DNA of 56,770 nucleotides, filler included, from Perkinsus olseni (Eukaryota): NCBI GenBank assembly GCA_013115125.1. It is 2 parts of 2 records of this genome, joined end to end, with 100 filler letters (N's around TTAATTAATTAA, not from the genome) between each part and the next. Parts side by side here need not be neighbours in the genome. Positions count along the whole stretch, not along the records: positions 28,457 to 56,770 come from JABANN010000450.1; 1 more part is not named here. One strand, 5' to 3'. Shown piece by piece: positions 35,701 to 48,069 of this stretch (position 1 is its first letter; each line of letters starts with the position of its first letter). The notes under the pieces were generated by a model. It saw only the letters and a program-made list of their open reading frames with translations, ran no database searches and was not told where the DNA came from. The position numbers and the translations under genes were made by a program.

Positions 35701-38700
35701 GTGAGGTGGAGAATGGAGGTAAAGAATCTTTACTAAAGATACTCTTCCTGGACGCAGATAGCCGCATCCAACGGCTTCAGGTGGTCGGGGCTCGATTCGC
35801 CCGAGAGGCTCGGCAGAGCAAGGCAGCTCAGGGTGAGGGGTGGTGGCTCCGCGCCTTTCTATAACGATGAAACCGTCGGTGAAACGGCTGATCGATATAT
35901 CGTTAAATTACTATATACCAAATACATAAACATTCCAACTTCGGAATGATGGGAAAATCTTAGTTTTTTTTGCGACATCTATATCTGAATTCAACTTTTG
36001 CGCTTCTCTGCGCGATCGTTCGTTCAAACTGTTTTCCCGCGACTGTGGCGATTGAATTCGCGGGATGTACACCACTCGAAAGCGCGTGGTTTGTGTATTC
36101 TGAGAAAAAACCGAAATGATTTTCGTCCCCATTCCACCAGCCAAAATGGTCGATCGCTCTTAGTGTCGGCTGCTGTGAGGATGATGTGGTCAGGTCAAGG
36201 CTGGGTGGCGTGGTTCTGGGGAGTGAAGCCAGAGGTGGAGGAGAGTGGTAGTGGGGAGGAGGAGGAGGGCAGGAGCATTCAAGGTCAGTTGGCAGAGGGA
36301 CTTGAGAAACTATCCGGACGCTCGAAAGACTGCTGCCTTTCCTGTGTCTTGAGGGGGCTCCAACGACCGCTTCTTACACGCTTGATTCGATCCTGGAAGC
36401 GGCCCTGGAATTCGGGAGATGTGGCAATCTATCAAGCATCCCCTGACTCCTGTGAGGCGATGCTTTTGTCTCTGCCCTCAGAGTCCTACACCGCTCTTGC
36501 ATCGGCCCTGCTGGTTCCCGAGTCGGAGTCAATAATGGTATCTCTGTACATGCGGTTGGCCAGTGTTCGACTGGAACCCAGCCGGAGTGTCTACAGTCTG
36601 GGCAGCTTGCATGACGTTTCCGTCACGTGCACGGTCTCGGGCAAGGAGTACCGTCTGAAGGCTGGGCTCGGGGATGCTGATGTGGTGGCTCGGAAGGCTG
36701 GAAGGATGGTAGTATCTTTGACCTCTGCATCTGACCAGCTCGACTTGTGATCAGTTTGATATCATCAAGCGAGATGCCGGGTCCTCGGATGTTGGTGACC
36801 TTCTCGCCTTGAGCTTGGACCCGAGGGAAGCGGTCCTGACGGCGGCGAAGTTGGTGGTCCTGTACGACCGTGCCCTGTGCTCTGAGCTCATCGCCATTGG
36901 GAGTAATGAGAAGGCCAGCACAGCGCCACCCGCGGCCAAGTCGTCGTCGTCGTGGTGGGAGAGTGTGCGGCAGTGGGACAGGCTAATAGCGATGCAGCAG
37001 CAGCTGGGTGGAGGGGCGCCTGGGCTGAGGTCCTTGGTCAGGCCGGATGATTCCAAGTTGAAAGTGAAGGTGAGCTGGGGGGAATTTCGTGGCGCGCGGT
37101 CATTTTCGGAAGTCTGCTGCTTGTACCTACCATGGGAAAGGGCAGTGATCTTCCTTATCTACTGACGGCTTGGCAAATCCTTGAGAGTGCGTGTACTTAA
37201 CGTGAGGGCTGATCGCCCTTTCGCGGCTCGCTAGTAGGCCTTCGCTCAGCCATTCAGTTCTACTCGCTCCTGTTGGTTGTGCGTTGAGAAAATGCAAGTT
37301 GGCAAGATTTAGTACATTTCACCGTTGTCGCTCTGGTCAGATTCGCGTCGAAGCTCCTAAAGTCCTCCTACCCGTCCACACTTACAACTCCGGCGTCTTC
37401 ATAGTCCTCAATCTCGGTACCTTCGCCTTGACTTCGCTGAACCGGGCTGATCTCGAGGAGCCTAGCATGAGGGCAGAAGTGACTGAGGTGTGCTCGAGGG
37501 AGAAGGGGCTCACTAACCCGACCACTGATGTGTGGAAGATCGGAATGACGGGGGTCCGAGGGGAGCTGATTGGTCCTGGCGGCCAGCACAGTCTGATACT
37601 GGATAGCGTGGAGTTGTGGTTGAGGATTTTTATCATCTCCAAGCCGCTGAGTATTGATGATGATGGTGCGGCCGATGGGCGGGCGAGGATGTCACCGGCG
37701 CCGACGAGAGTTCGTTTGAGGGGAGATGTGACCGAGCCGTTGAAGTTGTGCTTGGACGCTAATAGATACCATGCCCTTGTCCGCGCGTTGAGGCTGATGC
37801 TGGATGCCTCTCCTGCGGTAGCATCCCCGGGGACGGCGACTCAGACTGCTGTGACGACGGGCACGTCGACTGGCTTGAACTTCCTGATTCCCAGCGAGGA
37901 AGGGCTGCAACAGAAACACCAAGAACAGCCAGTGAGGTCAGCGCGCGTTGAGTCCTCGACGGGCCCGAGTGAGAAGGAAGAACTCAACTGGGCCAGCTTC
38001 ATCTCGGTGGAGCTGTCGATACCAACAACTACCGTGAGCATCGGCTGCATGGAGGGTCGGCCGAGCATCGACCTGTCGGCCAGTGCCATCTCGACGATGG
38101 TGAGGGTACACCATCTGTACACTAAGTTGAGCTTCGGATTGAAGGCGTTGAGCATCACTAACGGGTCGGACGATATGCTGTTGAGCGACACCTCGGAGGA
38201 GTTGGTCGATATTACGGTCTTTGTGTCGGACCGGAAGGTCGCGATGGACGAGCAAGGACAACGGTCTAGGATGCTCTTCAACTTTCGACTGGGCGCGGTG
38301 AAGGCCTTCTTTCGACCGAGGCTTTGGCGGGCCCTGGTGGGGTTCATCCGCAACATGCCGGCCTACGACCTGCCAACGGCAGAGGTGGCCGAGGAGGAGA
38401 CTGGCAGTATCGCGGCGGGGGCTACGTTGGACGTGTCGAATCTGTTGGCGACGCCTCAGTACGTCGCCGAGGACACCTATGCTAACTGGCGGTTGGTTTT
38501 TGTGTGGTCGTCCATGTCCGTGCAATGGTACAACGAGAAGGGGCAGATCGAGAAGCCCTTCGCTTGTAGTGAGATGGCACATAGCAGTTTCAATATGAGT
38601 ATGCGGAATTATGGTATGAGCATGCACGTTAAGATTGGTAATCTCACCTTCACCTACCTTCCTAACGTCGCCTCCACAGCAGCCACGCTGCCTCTGCTCA

Positions 38701-39038
38701 GTCTAAGGCCGGGCGATGAGTACATCTTCGCTCTCGAAATGAAGACCTACTCCCCCGACGACCCCACCAGGGACTTTCCGGGCCACAACATGGCCGTCAA
38801 AGTGGACTTGTCCGGTGTGCGTGTGTGGGCGCTGAGGCCGGCCGTGCAGCGACTCTGGGAGTACATTTGGTCGGCCTTCATCCCTTCCATCTCTGGTGAC
38901 ACGAGTGGTGACGAGCCTCTGGTGATGGACATCCCCACTGAGGCTCAGAGGCCGCCGGAGAGGATGTTCACCGCCAACAGCTCGGCATTTGATAGTGTTG
39001 ATACTGACAGCATCGACTCCTCGGGCTACTACTCTCTC

Positions 39039-39070
<32 letters not shown>

Positions 39071-42000
39071 CGATTATGCTGGGGTCCTAGACACCAGTGC
39101 AGGGTAAGCGGGGTCGTCGCGTTTTCTTCGTCTTGTCAGTATTGGGCGCGCCAAGGTCGCGTGCGACCTCTGTGCTTTCTCCTGTGGCCTCGTTTGTCTC
39201 CGCTCAGTGAGGTTCAATTTCGTCCCGCATACGGTCATTCAGTATGACTCGCTGTTAAGCAGACGGCCGCATATGTTTATCGTCGTTATCGCTGGCCTTT
39301 TCAGGGTTCCTCTCACGCCGACGCCGCCGTCCCCTCAGACCGCTGAGGCCTCGGACTCTCCTGTGAGTACCACTCCAGCTCCGGTGGACACAAGTTTAGT
39401 GGTGACGGCCAACTTGATTGATTCCAGTATCATCTTGCCGGCATCACCGGAGCCCCATGCGCAGCTGTTGGTGACTAGAGGGACGGTCCTTTGCCAAGTA
39501 GAGAAAGCCTCGACCCCTAGCCAGGGCCCCTCTGCTGGGTCTATGAACACTAAGATTACGTTACACAACGGGACTGTGTTCACGACCAGGAACTTTGAGA
39601 CACTCAATAGGCTCGAAAAAGAATGGAAGACGAGGGAGGCTGGTGCTGGTGCTGCTGCCGGGGCCACGTCGCCGGTGTCTGACGTCAGCGCCGTAGCTGC
39701 TGCGGAGGGCGGAGCGAGGGCGATTGTCAGTGATTGTGATGCTTTCCTGAGCATCCTGACGGAGACGGCTGAGTCGAAGGTGACCACTGAGACCAGATCG
39801 GTGCATCTCAATTTCGAGCCGATTCACCTGAACGTGAGCTACTACGACATCAAGCTGTGTATGATGTGCTACGAGTTGCTTATGAGGGACTCCCCGACTG
39901 AGGGTAAGAAGGAGGAGGAGAGGCCTGTGTTGGCTTTGAAAGATGGTGGTAGCGTTGAGGAAAAGCAAGAGAGCAAGAGTGAGCAAGAAATATCGGAGAG
40001 CTCCCCGTCCAGCATCGCGGTTGCTAGAGTTGAAGGAGTGCGGCCTACCGTCTATCGATCGGACTTTGACTTCATTTTCCACCGAGTAAATGTGACCCTC
40101 GTAAACGACTCCGGAAGGACCACCAACACCCCCTTTGTGAATATCCTCTTCACCAACTGCCAAGTGACGCACAACAGCAGCAGTACTACTGACGATGGCA
40201 TTAGCATCGACGCTGTCGAGTCTGACGAGGGCTCCTCACGTTCGAGTGGCCGACGAGGCGGCGAAGGGACGGGTCAGGGCGTGCTGGTGACGAAGCGAGC
40301 TTCTAATGCGGCAAATGTTGAGGTGGCGATGCAGTTTTTCAATCCAGTGGCTGTGGCCTGGGAGCCTCTATTGGAGAGTGAATCGGTCGATCCGCAAAGG
40401 AACGGTACGCTTGACGAGAGTTTGAGTATGTACAAGGTGCTGGTGAAGCAGAAGAACATCGGAGTGGTCCAGGGGGGCAGGCCCAGCGAAAAGAAGGACT
40501 TTTCTATCGAGGCCACCCATCAGCTGTTGATGCTGAATATCAGCCAGGCCTTCTTGAAGGCGTTCGATCAGAATATGAGGGAGTTTGAACGGGTATGGAA
40601 GGGCGAGGGGTCGTTAGCAGCGGCGGCAGGAGGGCGAAGTGACGGCAAAGACAAGCTCCAGTACGCCCCTTACAGCATTCGCAACCTGAGCGGGTCTCAG
40701 CTGCTTGTGACTTGGGAGGCTCACGACCATGATGGGAGGTCGAAGGAGTCGACGGCCCCTGTTAAGATTGATGTGGGGGAGGAGAGGAGGTTGACTGATA
40801 TCAGTATCCACGTGGCGACCAATAACGCGAGGATGGCCAAGGACAGGGCCTTCGTGAGTCTCCGGGGCGATGGCTGGGAGCAAGAGAAGATACCACTCGA
40901 GCGGAAGGGTAAGTGTGAGTGTTGTCGTACTCCCTACCACTCCTTCGTCAAATCGTGCAGGTAAATACCTGTATTATGTTGATGATGGTACAGTGACTGA
41001 CGTGGTGGGCTTCGAGCCATATGCCATCATAGAGCCAGCCGGGGGCAGCAGCAGACGCCCCCAGCAGAGGTACCGCACGTCGCGGATTTCAATCTCCCTC
41101 TGCGCTGTCAGGGAAAATGAAATGAAAAAGCAACGTCTTCCGCTTGGTTCCAGGAATGATTCTCTGGGCCACAGCGATACGTTGGACAGAGGTACCTCAG
41201 CAGAGGTATCTCGCCCCATCGCTGAGGGATGATTGGTCCTGTGAGAGTTTGTACTCTGAGTGAGAAGAGAATAAACAAAGCAACCTACGGGGTCCTCTTG
41301 GTTCCAGGAATCATTCTTCTCGGCCACAGCGATTCGGGGAATCTTACTTCTCCGTGAGCTCCCGTGATGTTGAAGATGCTCTTCAGGTCCTATTCTGGTA
41401 CCACCCGCTCCGTGTTAAGGCCGCAGTCGTCCATGCCGATTTCCGGTGGAGTCAGGAGCGGAGGGACGGCTATTATCTGTGAAGTGACGGCCACTGATGA
41501 TGGGAGGAAGGTGGGGAGGGGAGACCCAGGCGGTCGAACGGTGATGGAGGTGTTCTTCAGATGCTGGTGGTCATGTCGGCTGTGTTGGTGAAGAATAGGT
41601 ATGGCACTCCGGTGCAGTTGAGAGTTGCCAGGCTTGGCGACGATGGTCCGAGGTAGCCTCGCCATTGATGCTGCTGACATTTTATAATGTCATACCAACT
41701 TTTTAGTATCACAACAATTCCTGTTGACGGTGTTGCTGCTGTACCACTCGCCCTTTGCGCGCAGAGGATGCTCACAGAGAAGCCGGGCGAATGGCCGCAG
41801 CATAGGAAGGATCGTCAAAGTGGGCTCTGGCGCTACTCCCCTTCTCTCGCACACTAAATGGTATCTTTCAGTGCCACCAATGCTCAGCTTCCGACCTCTG
41901 GAAGGATCCTCAGCGAATGATGAGGATACGATCCTCCACACGTCCTTCAGCAGTGAGGTCTCCCTCATCGAGCTATTCAATCGGTAACTATTTACGTCAA

Positions 42001-45000
42001 CACCGTGGCGACGATGACAATGGTGGTCGTCAGGTGCCTGGCCTCGTCGCCAGCTCTGGGGCCTTCGACGAGCCGCCTGTATCCACTACGCTGTTCTCTG
42101 GGCCGACTGCATAAGGAGGTGTTCATGTACATCTCCTGCCTCACTCGACACTTCCACTATCGAGACAAGGGGGCTAAGCAGATCATAATCACCCTCAACT
42201 GCCCGGTCAAGATCAGGTGCGCAGGGTCTTGTGGCAGGAGGGGGTTACTACTCTCGCAAGTTGTGCTTCCTTCTGTTGGCGTGTGAAGGGTTTCATGGAA
42301 GCTGCTACGTGTCTTGTCTCATGCTCCGGGGAAGATTTCTCGTTACTGTGCGCTTCGGAATGGTGCTTGAGTTCACCACTGTGTTCGAATGCATCTTGAA
42401 AAATCGCCCTTGGTTTCAAGACTGCTGCCACCGCTTCTGCTGCTTGTGGTTATCAGATCAACACTGCCGATACCTGCGGACTACCACCTCACCTGCACAT
42501 CGGAGGCTGTCCCGGTGAAGGCCGGCCAGCCTCTGCCGATCGCTCCGCCCTCCTACTCCGCTACAGGGACTCTGACACTCAACTGTCGTGAGCATGTAAG
42601 CTGGAGGGGGTCTTCGTCAATACCACAATTTTGTGGCCAGTTGCATTCGGTCCATCTCGGGGCAAGGCTGGAGCTGCGTCTCTGTGCATTTGGAAATGTC
42701 TGGTCGGAGCCGCAGCTCATTTGGCCAGCGGACCTCGCGGTGGTTAGAGCAGGAAAGAACGCGAGGAAAATGGCAGAGGCCGTTGATGTGAGGAACAGCG
42801 GAGCGAAGCGATTGTGATTTGTCATTTTCTCGACTGTCAGGGGAGCTCCACGGAAGAGAAACCGACAGAGCCGCTCAACGAAGGCTACTATGCTTCCATT
42901 AATCTCACGCTTCACGATGAGCATCAAAACCCACTACGGCTGCTTCTACTGATATTCTCAAGGCCGACTCAGCCGCTCGACCTCATCCTACATACACCGT
43001 ACGGAGCCACCATAACGGAAGAGAAGTTGATTCGGTTTGGTGTGGTAGGTATTGGTTGATGTCCACAGTGCCTCAGCCGTACTTGAGGTATGCATATGAG
43101 GAGAAGGCTGACGATGGGGAGCAGCCTGATGAGGTGTTCCAAGCTCCTCGGTGGATCGCTCACTGGGGGGCCCGGCCGTCCTCGACCGACCCTGAAGCTG
43201 CCAAGGAGGGGGTCGTCCTGCCACTGGACTGCTATGGCACCAAACTGGCTGCCTATCTCAACAACACCTGTAGCAGGTAAGGTGCCTTCGGAAACGATTC
43301 GGGGGAAATGTGGTACTTCGATTTTGAGATGGTGCGGTCGGCTTCTCGAATCACAGTTCGGAGTTGGAACTGTGATTGTGTGATGCATCAGGCCTTTCTC
43401 GATCGACACGGTTGGCTTCACCAGCGCTATTGCCGTCGAGAACGGCGGCGGCTACTACGGCAAGGGCTTCTCCCAGGGAGGAGGGCCCAGCAGCAGCAGC
43501 GCCCGACTGCCTCTGACGGATGGTGGGGAGATAGTGGAACCAGGAGAAGACAGGAATGCTCCACGCAAACGACAAGAGCTGGGCGTCCGAGTGGTGACGT
43601 CTGGTGATGTTCGGTAGGCCAGTGGTGGCAGCAGCATCATCCTGACGATATCTCCGGCGTCCTCAGAGACCTGTCCGTCCGCTGTGTCCACGTTGCACCG
43701 CGGTATGTGGTGGTTAACTCTATGACCGATCGATCGATACTCGTGAAGCAAGCGGTAAGATGGGTTTCGACGCTCCTGCTGGTGCTGCTGCTGCTGGTGC
43801 TGGCCTGGCACGGTTTGCCTGGGGGGTATATCTGCTGCAGGCGTCGTCGCATTCGGCCGACTTCTCCCGGCGTGTGAAAATGGCAAATTCTTGCACTCAA
43901 AGCATTATCATCATCAGCTCAAGATCTTCGTCGGTTGAGATATCTTTCCATCTCTCCATGATGAACTACAACTGCGTCAATTGACTGTATCACTACAGTC
44001 TGTGATAATGATAAGAATGCCACATGCAAAAATGAGGCCACTATGCCACATGGAAACAGCAGCTGAGGCCGCGGCGTTCTCGCACCGCGTGGCATAGTGG
44101 CCAAATACGCACTACTTCCTTTATCACAGACTGCTGTATCACCCCTTCCCTCAAGGACTCAGGAAATCGTTGAGGGTTCACACACTTGTAAACGACTGAT
44201 GAAACGCTCGTCTACACAAGCAAAGATTCCTTTGTGCGTGGTGATGTGATGATTTACGTGTTGGTCAGGACTCCTCCTCGGGGACGGCATTGGAGTTGGC
44301 ACCTGAACAGCAGATGAGCTTCAAATGGTGGCAAGTCGATCTGCCAAAGATGCTCCAAGTTAGACTTCACGATGCTGGATGGGGCTGGTAAGATGTCTCA
44401 GCCAGGGATCGAACCAGGGACCTCTGCATGCAGGTCGGGACATCTCGCCGTTGACCGTGTGGTGGGCGATTCTGTCTGCCAAGTGTTCCAACAGACTGAA
44501 GGTGAGTCGCCTCACAGGCTGCTCAGAATCATCAGTGTCTCTGTCTCAGGAATGTTCATGAACATACGCGTCGACGTCCGGCCGTACCGCAGCTGCGTCT
44601 TCATCGTCTTCGGCGCTGAGGACTACGCCATCGCCAGCTACTCTGTTCGAAACAACTCCGACAACTCGATGTGGATCCGCCAGGCTCACACCAGGGTAGG
44701 GGAGACCGACTGTGACGGGTTCTTCGACTGCGGTTTCTTGTAGGCATACTTTATACCACTTTTGCGTCATTCGACTACCCCCTTTGCTTGGTATGAGCCA
44801 ACGAAGCCAAAGAAGCTCGAGATTCTTCTGGATCCCGCATCCAAGAGAAGTGCGACGATTTCTGTCCTCTGCATGGGTCAACCTTGGATACTCCTTAGGC
44901 ACTATTGTCGACTTCATCCCGGAGCAAAGCAGCAGTCAGGCCTCAGCCGCGAGGGCCTCTGCTCAGAACGGGAGTTTGAATGCCCCGGCCTTTGAGCATT

Positions 45001-47893
45001 CAGGGACGTTGATGGCGCCCCTGAGAGGTCGAAGTCAGAGGCTTCGGTACAAGGTTACTAGCAGCGGACCGACGAAGGTCTTCATACTTTACAATGAGTG
45101 AGCTCTGTCCGCAGAGGGGTTCCCCTATTGTTTTCTCTCCAGTGCGGTCGGAACAGGGGCGGCTCGCCTTGCTCTGCCTGCTGGGCCCATTCGAGCTGCC
45201 TCGGATAGAGGCAAAGGACCTCTGGCTGGTGATGAACGCCCAGATAGGGCAGTGGACACTGTGTAGGGCGAGCGCTTTGTTGTCGGCAAGTTGGATATTT
45301 GACAAATTGTGGCATGGTGCTCTCAGTTACCGAGCCGAGTTCAAGGGTGTAGGCGTATCTTTGGTCGCTGCTGTGCGTGGTCGACCCCGGAGTGAGCTGC
45401 TCTTTGCTGGCATCATTGGCATTGAAGGAGTAGCCAGCATAAGGCATCGTCATAGGTCGGACCGATACTGAGCGTATCTTTATGCTTCGTATCTTCCTCG
45501 TTTCGACCTAAGATACTCTTGCTACTTCAGGGATTTCCACCTCGCAGTACACGATATTCGGGTGGACAACCAGAACCTCAGCGCCGTCTATCCCGTCATG
45601 TTCGCTCGGTCCTCAACAGGTGCTCCCTTTTCTCTGTACCCCCCTAGGGGGGGGCCTTCCGGAATTCCATCGTTCTCGTCTACAGGGATCCCACGCCCGA
45701 CACAGCAGGCAGCTCCGCCGAGGCCACCTCACCCGATGCTGGAGGTCGCCGCGACACTTAGAGATATGGACGCTAACTTGGTGTAGGGAGGTCCCTGGTT
45801 CGAATCCTGGGTCCTACTATTTTTCCCTCAGATATTTCGAGAATCTGAGCATCCTTGTACAGGAGTCCGAGTTGGCCTTTGATTTTGGTTTCATATTTGA
45901 CATGGTGAGTCCATACCACGTTTCCCGCTACTCCTCACCGGCTCCTTCCCTCTAGGTGTCGCTTTTTGAGGGTATCCATGCTGATGGCAACGGCAAGGGT
46001 CGGCAGTGGGCGACGGAGGTCAGGCCTGAGATAGAGCTTCTCCCGGAGGACAGCAACAATGACCTCCACTTCGACGTAGCGGTCTCCGCACTGTGACGGC
46101 CGCTGACTTGGGCGTTGTTATCAGGTCTTCACTTTACATCCGACGAGAGTCTTTGTTTCCTTCTCACCGGGCAACACCGAGCAGAAGTTTTTGAAGGAGT
46201 AAATATTTTATGCTACCGCCCCACGGTTAACCTGTCCTTCCTTTCTTCTCAGCTACAGCCTAGTGTATCGCGTACTTGCCTCGATGTCGGCAGTGGACCA
46301 CTCGCCAGTCCAACTCAATGCCCTCATCCTCTACAGCCTCAGTGTTAGTCGCAGCTCCCTTCACACCATCATCGCTGAGCATTACAAACACCAACTGTGA
46401 GTGGTGGTATCATTGGATGGTATCCAAGGTCGAAGCAGGTTCCGAGAACTCCGCACGATTATGGGTTCGGCCGATGCTATTGGGAATCCCATCGGTCTGT
46501 TCAACCACGTCAGTCAGGGCATATCCGACCTCTTTTACGAACCATATTCTGCTATCATGAATGTAAACAGGGCGGAGCGAAGCAGCAGAAGGACGACACT
46601 GTTCCTCCTGCCGTGGTCAGGTCCAGAGTGCTGGTGATGTCCTCAGCGTGGCCGGTGGTACGGCAAAGGGCGCGCGGTCATTCGTGAGGAACACGGCTTT
46701 CGGTGTCTTCAACTCCCTGGGCAAAATTGCGGGAACAGCAGCGCAAACGATGAGCGTCCTCACCCAGGATGACGAGTAAGCTCCATCAGTGCTGTTGCAG
46801 TTTCCGGTATGACTGTGATGGTTGGCAGATTCCAGCAGGACCGTCAACGCTTCGCTCAGCGTAACAGACCAGTGCATATGGGAGATGGCGTCGCTGTCGG
46901 GGCTGCTTCCCTGGGCAGAGGGATCCTGTCTGGCATCTCCGGGCTTGTGTTGAAGCCAGTGGAGGCTGTTGAACAGGAGGTGAGGGCAAATTCCGGCTCG
47001 CTCGGGCGATTGCGATGAGGAAGACTCTTCCTGTTTATTGGGAAGCTATAGTGTATTGGTTTCATTCGACAACAATGATCGTCATTAGACTGAGGGCGGG
47101 GAGAGGACGCTACTTCGGCGAGGGCAAGGGAAAAAAACGAAATCGCGTTCCCGTTTGATTAAAGCCGTTCTACTACGGGTTAGGGCGCGAGTGCACGATC
47201 TATTACAGAGCTGGGCTTTGAGTCGGAGGTTGAAAATTACTGCCCGTTCTACTCCGGAGTTTCGCCTGACTGTATGCGCCATACGTTGTCGCTTTCCAGG
47301 GTATCAATGGTCTTGGTAAAGGAATCCTTCGCGGTGTGGGTGGCTTCGTCACCAAGCCCATGGTGGGCTTCCTCGACTTCACCCGCAGCACGGCGGAAGG
47401 CGTCACTGCAACTACTGGCGCTGGCGGGTCTAAGAGCACCGGTGCTACGGCTAAGAGGATGAGGCTGCCGAGGATGCTGTATGGCGACGATATGGTCGTG
47501 AGGAGGTAGGCGAGAGGGCCGCTTCGATTTTCCTTTGAAGTTGAGGGGTTTTTGGCAGTTATAATCCAGAGCATGCAGTGTTACGGTCGTTCCTGGCAAC
47601 GGTGGACGGCGTACCGGCAGATTTCCCTTACGTAGCACACCAGTTTGATGAGCAAGGACGCCGGCTCATCATAACAGGGAACAGGTACCGTTGCATCTCC
47701 GCTTGGTCGATCGATGGACATCAGTCTTGACAGTTACGTGCTGGTGATCGATGTACCGACCCATCGGTTGGAGTCCGCCCGGCCGCTGTGGCAAGTGAGG
47801 GTCCCTGCAGTTGCTGCTGCTACGACCCCTTCGTCGTCGTCGTCCTCGAGCACCACCAGCAACGCCGCTGGTTCGGCCTTGCCACCTGCGTGA
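32764..47893 (+). CDS. VPS13: VPS13-family lipid transfer protein, many exons
   Basis: Chorein-N start MFEGIVSRYLSQYLGDYFDGLDEKNLSIGVYSG|VPWNRLGSSPVVIELEDLYLVV; YI|IEPVSG; FNPVAVAWEPLLE; PYSIRNLSG; C-terminal IMGSADAIGNPIGLF, GISGLVLKPVE, RMRLPR. Confidence 0.93.
39038..39070 (+). repeat. (GAT)n microsatellite encoding poly-Asp in VPS13
   Basis: About 10-11 GAT units in frame. Confidence 0.9.
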
Positions 47894-48069
47894 TGATTTT
47901 TAAGACACTCTCAGAAAGTTACCATTGAAGACCTCTGCACAGTTGCGCTGTTTGTCTCCGGTTGTTAGTTATTGTGAATTGTGTTAGTTACTGAACTAAC
48001 TGCGGACTTGGCTCATCTTGCGCTTCCTCAACTTTTGGGTCATAGGTTCGGACTTACGTCCTTGTTACC

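Noticed and set aside
35781-35830. GGTCGGGGCTCGATTCGCCCG, T-arm-like
   Set aside because: Falls in a probable VPS13 exon (VVGARFAREARQ) and lacks GTTC.
37284-40964. 607-aa and 585-aa ORFs as separate genes
   Set aside because: They are large internal exons of VPS13.
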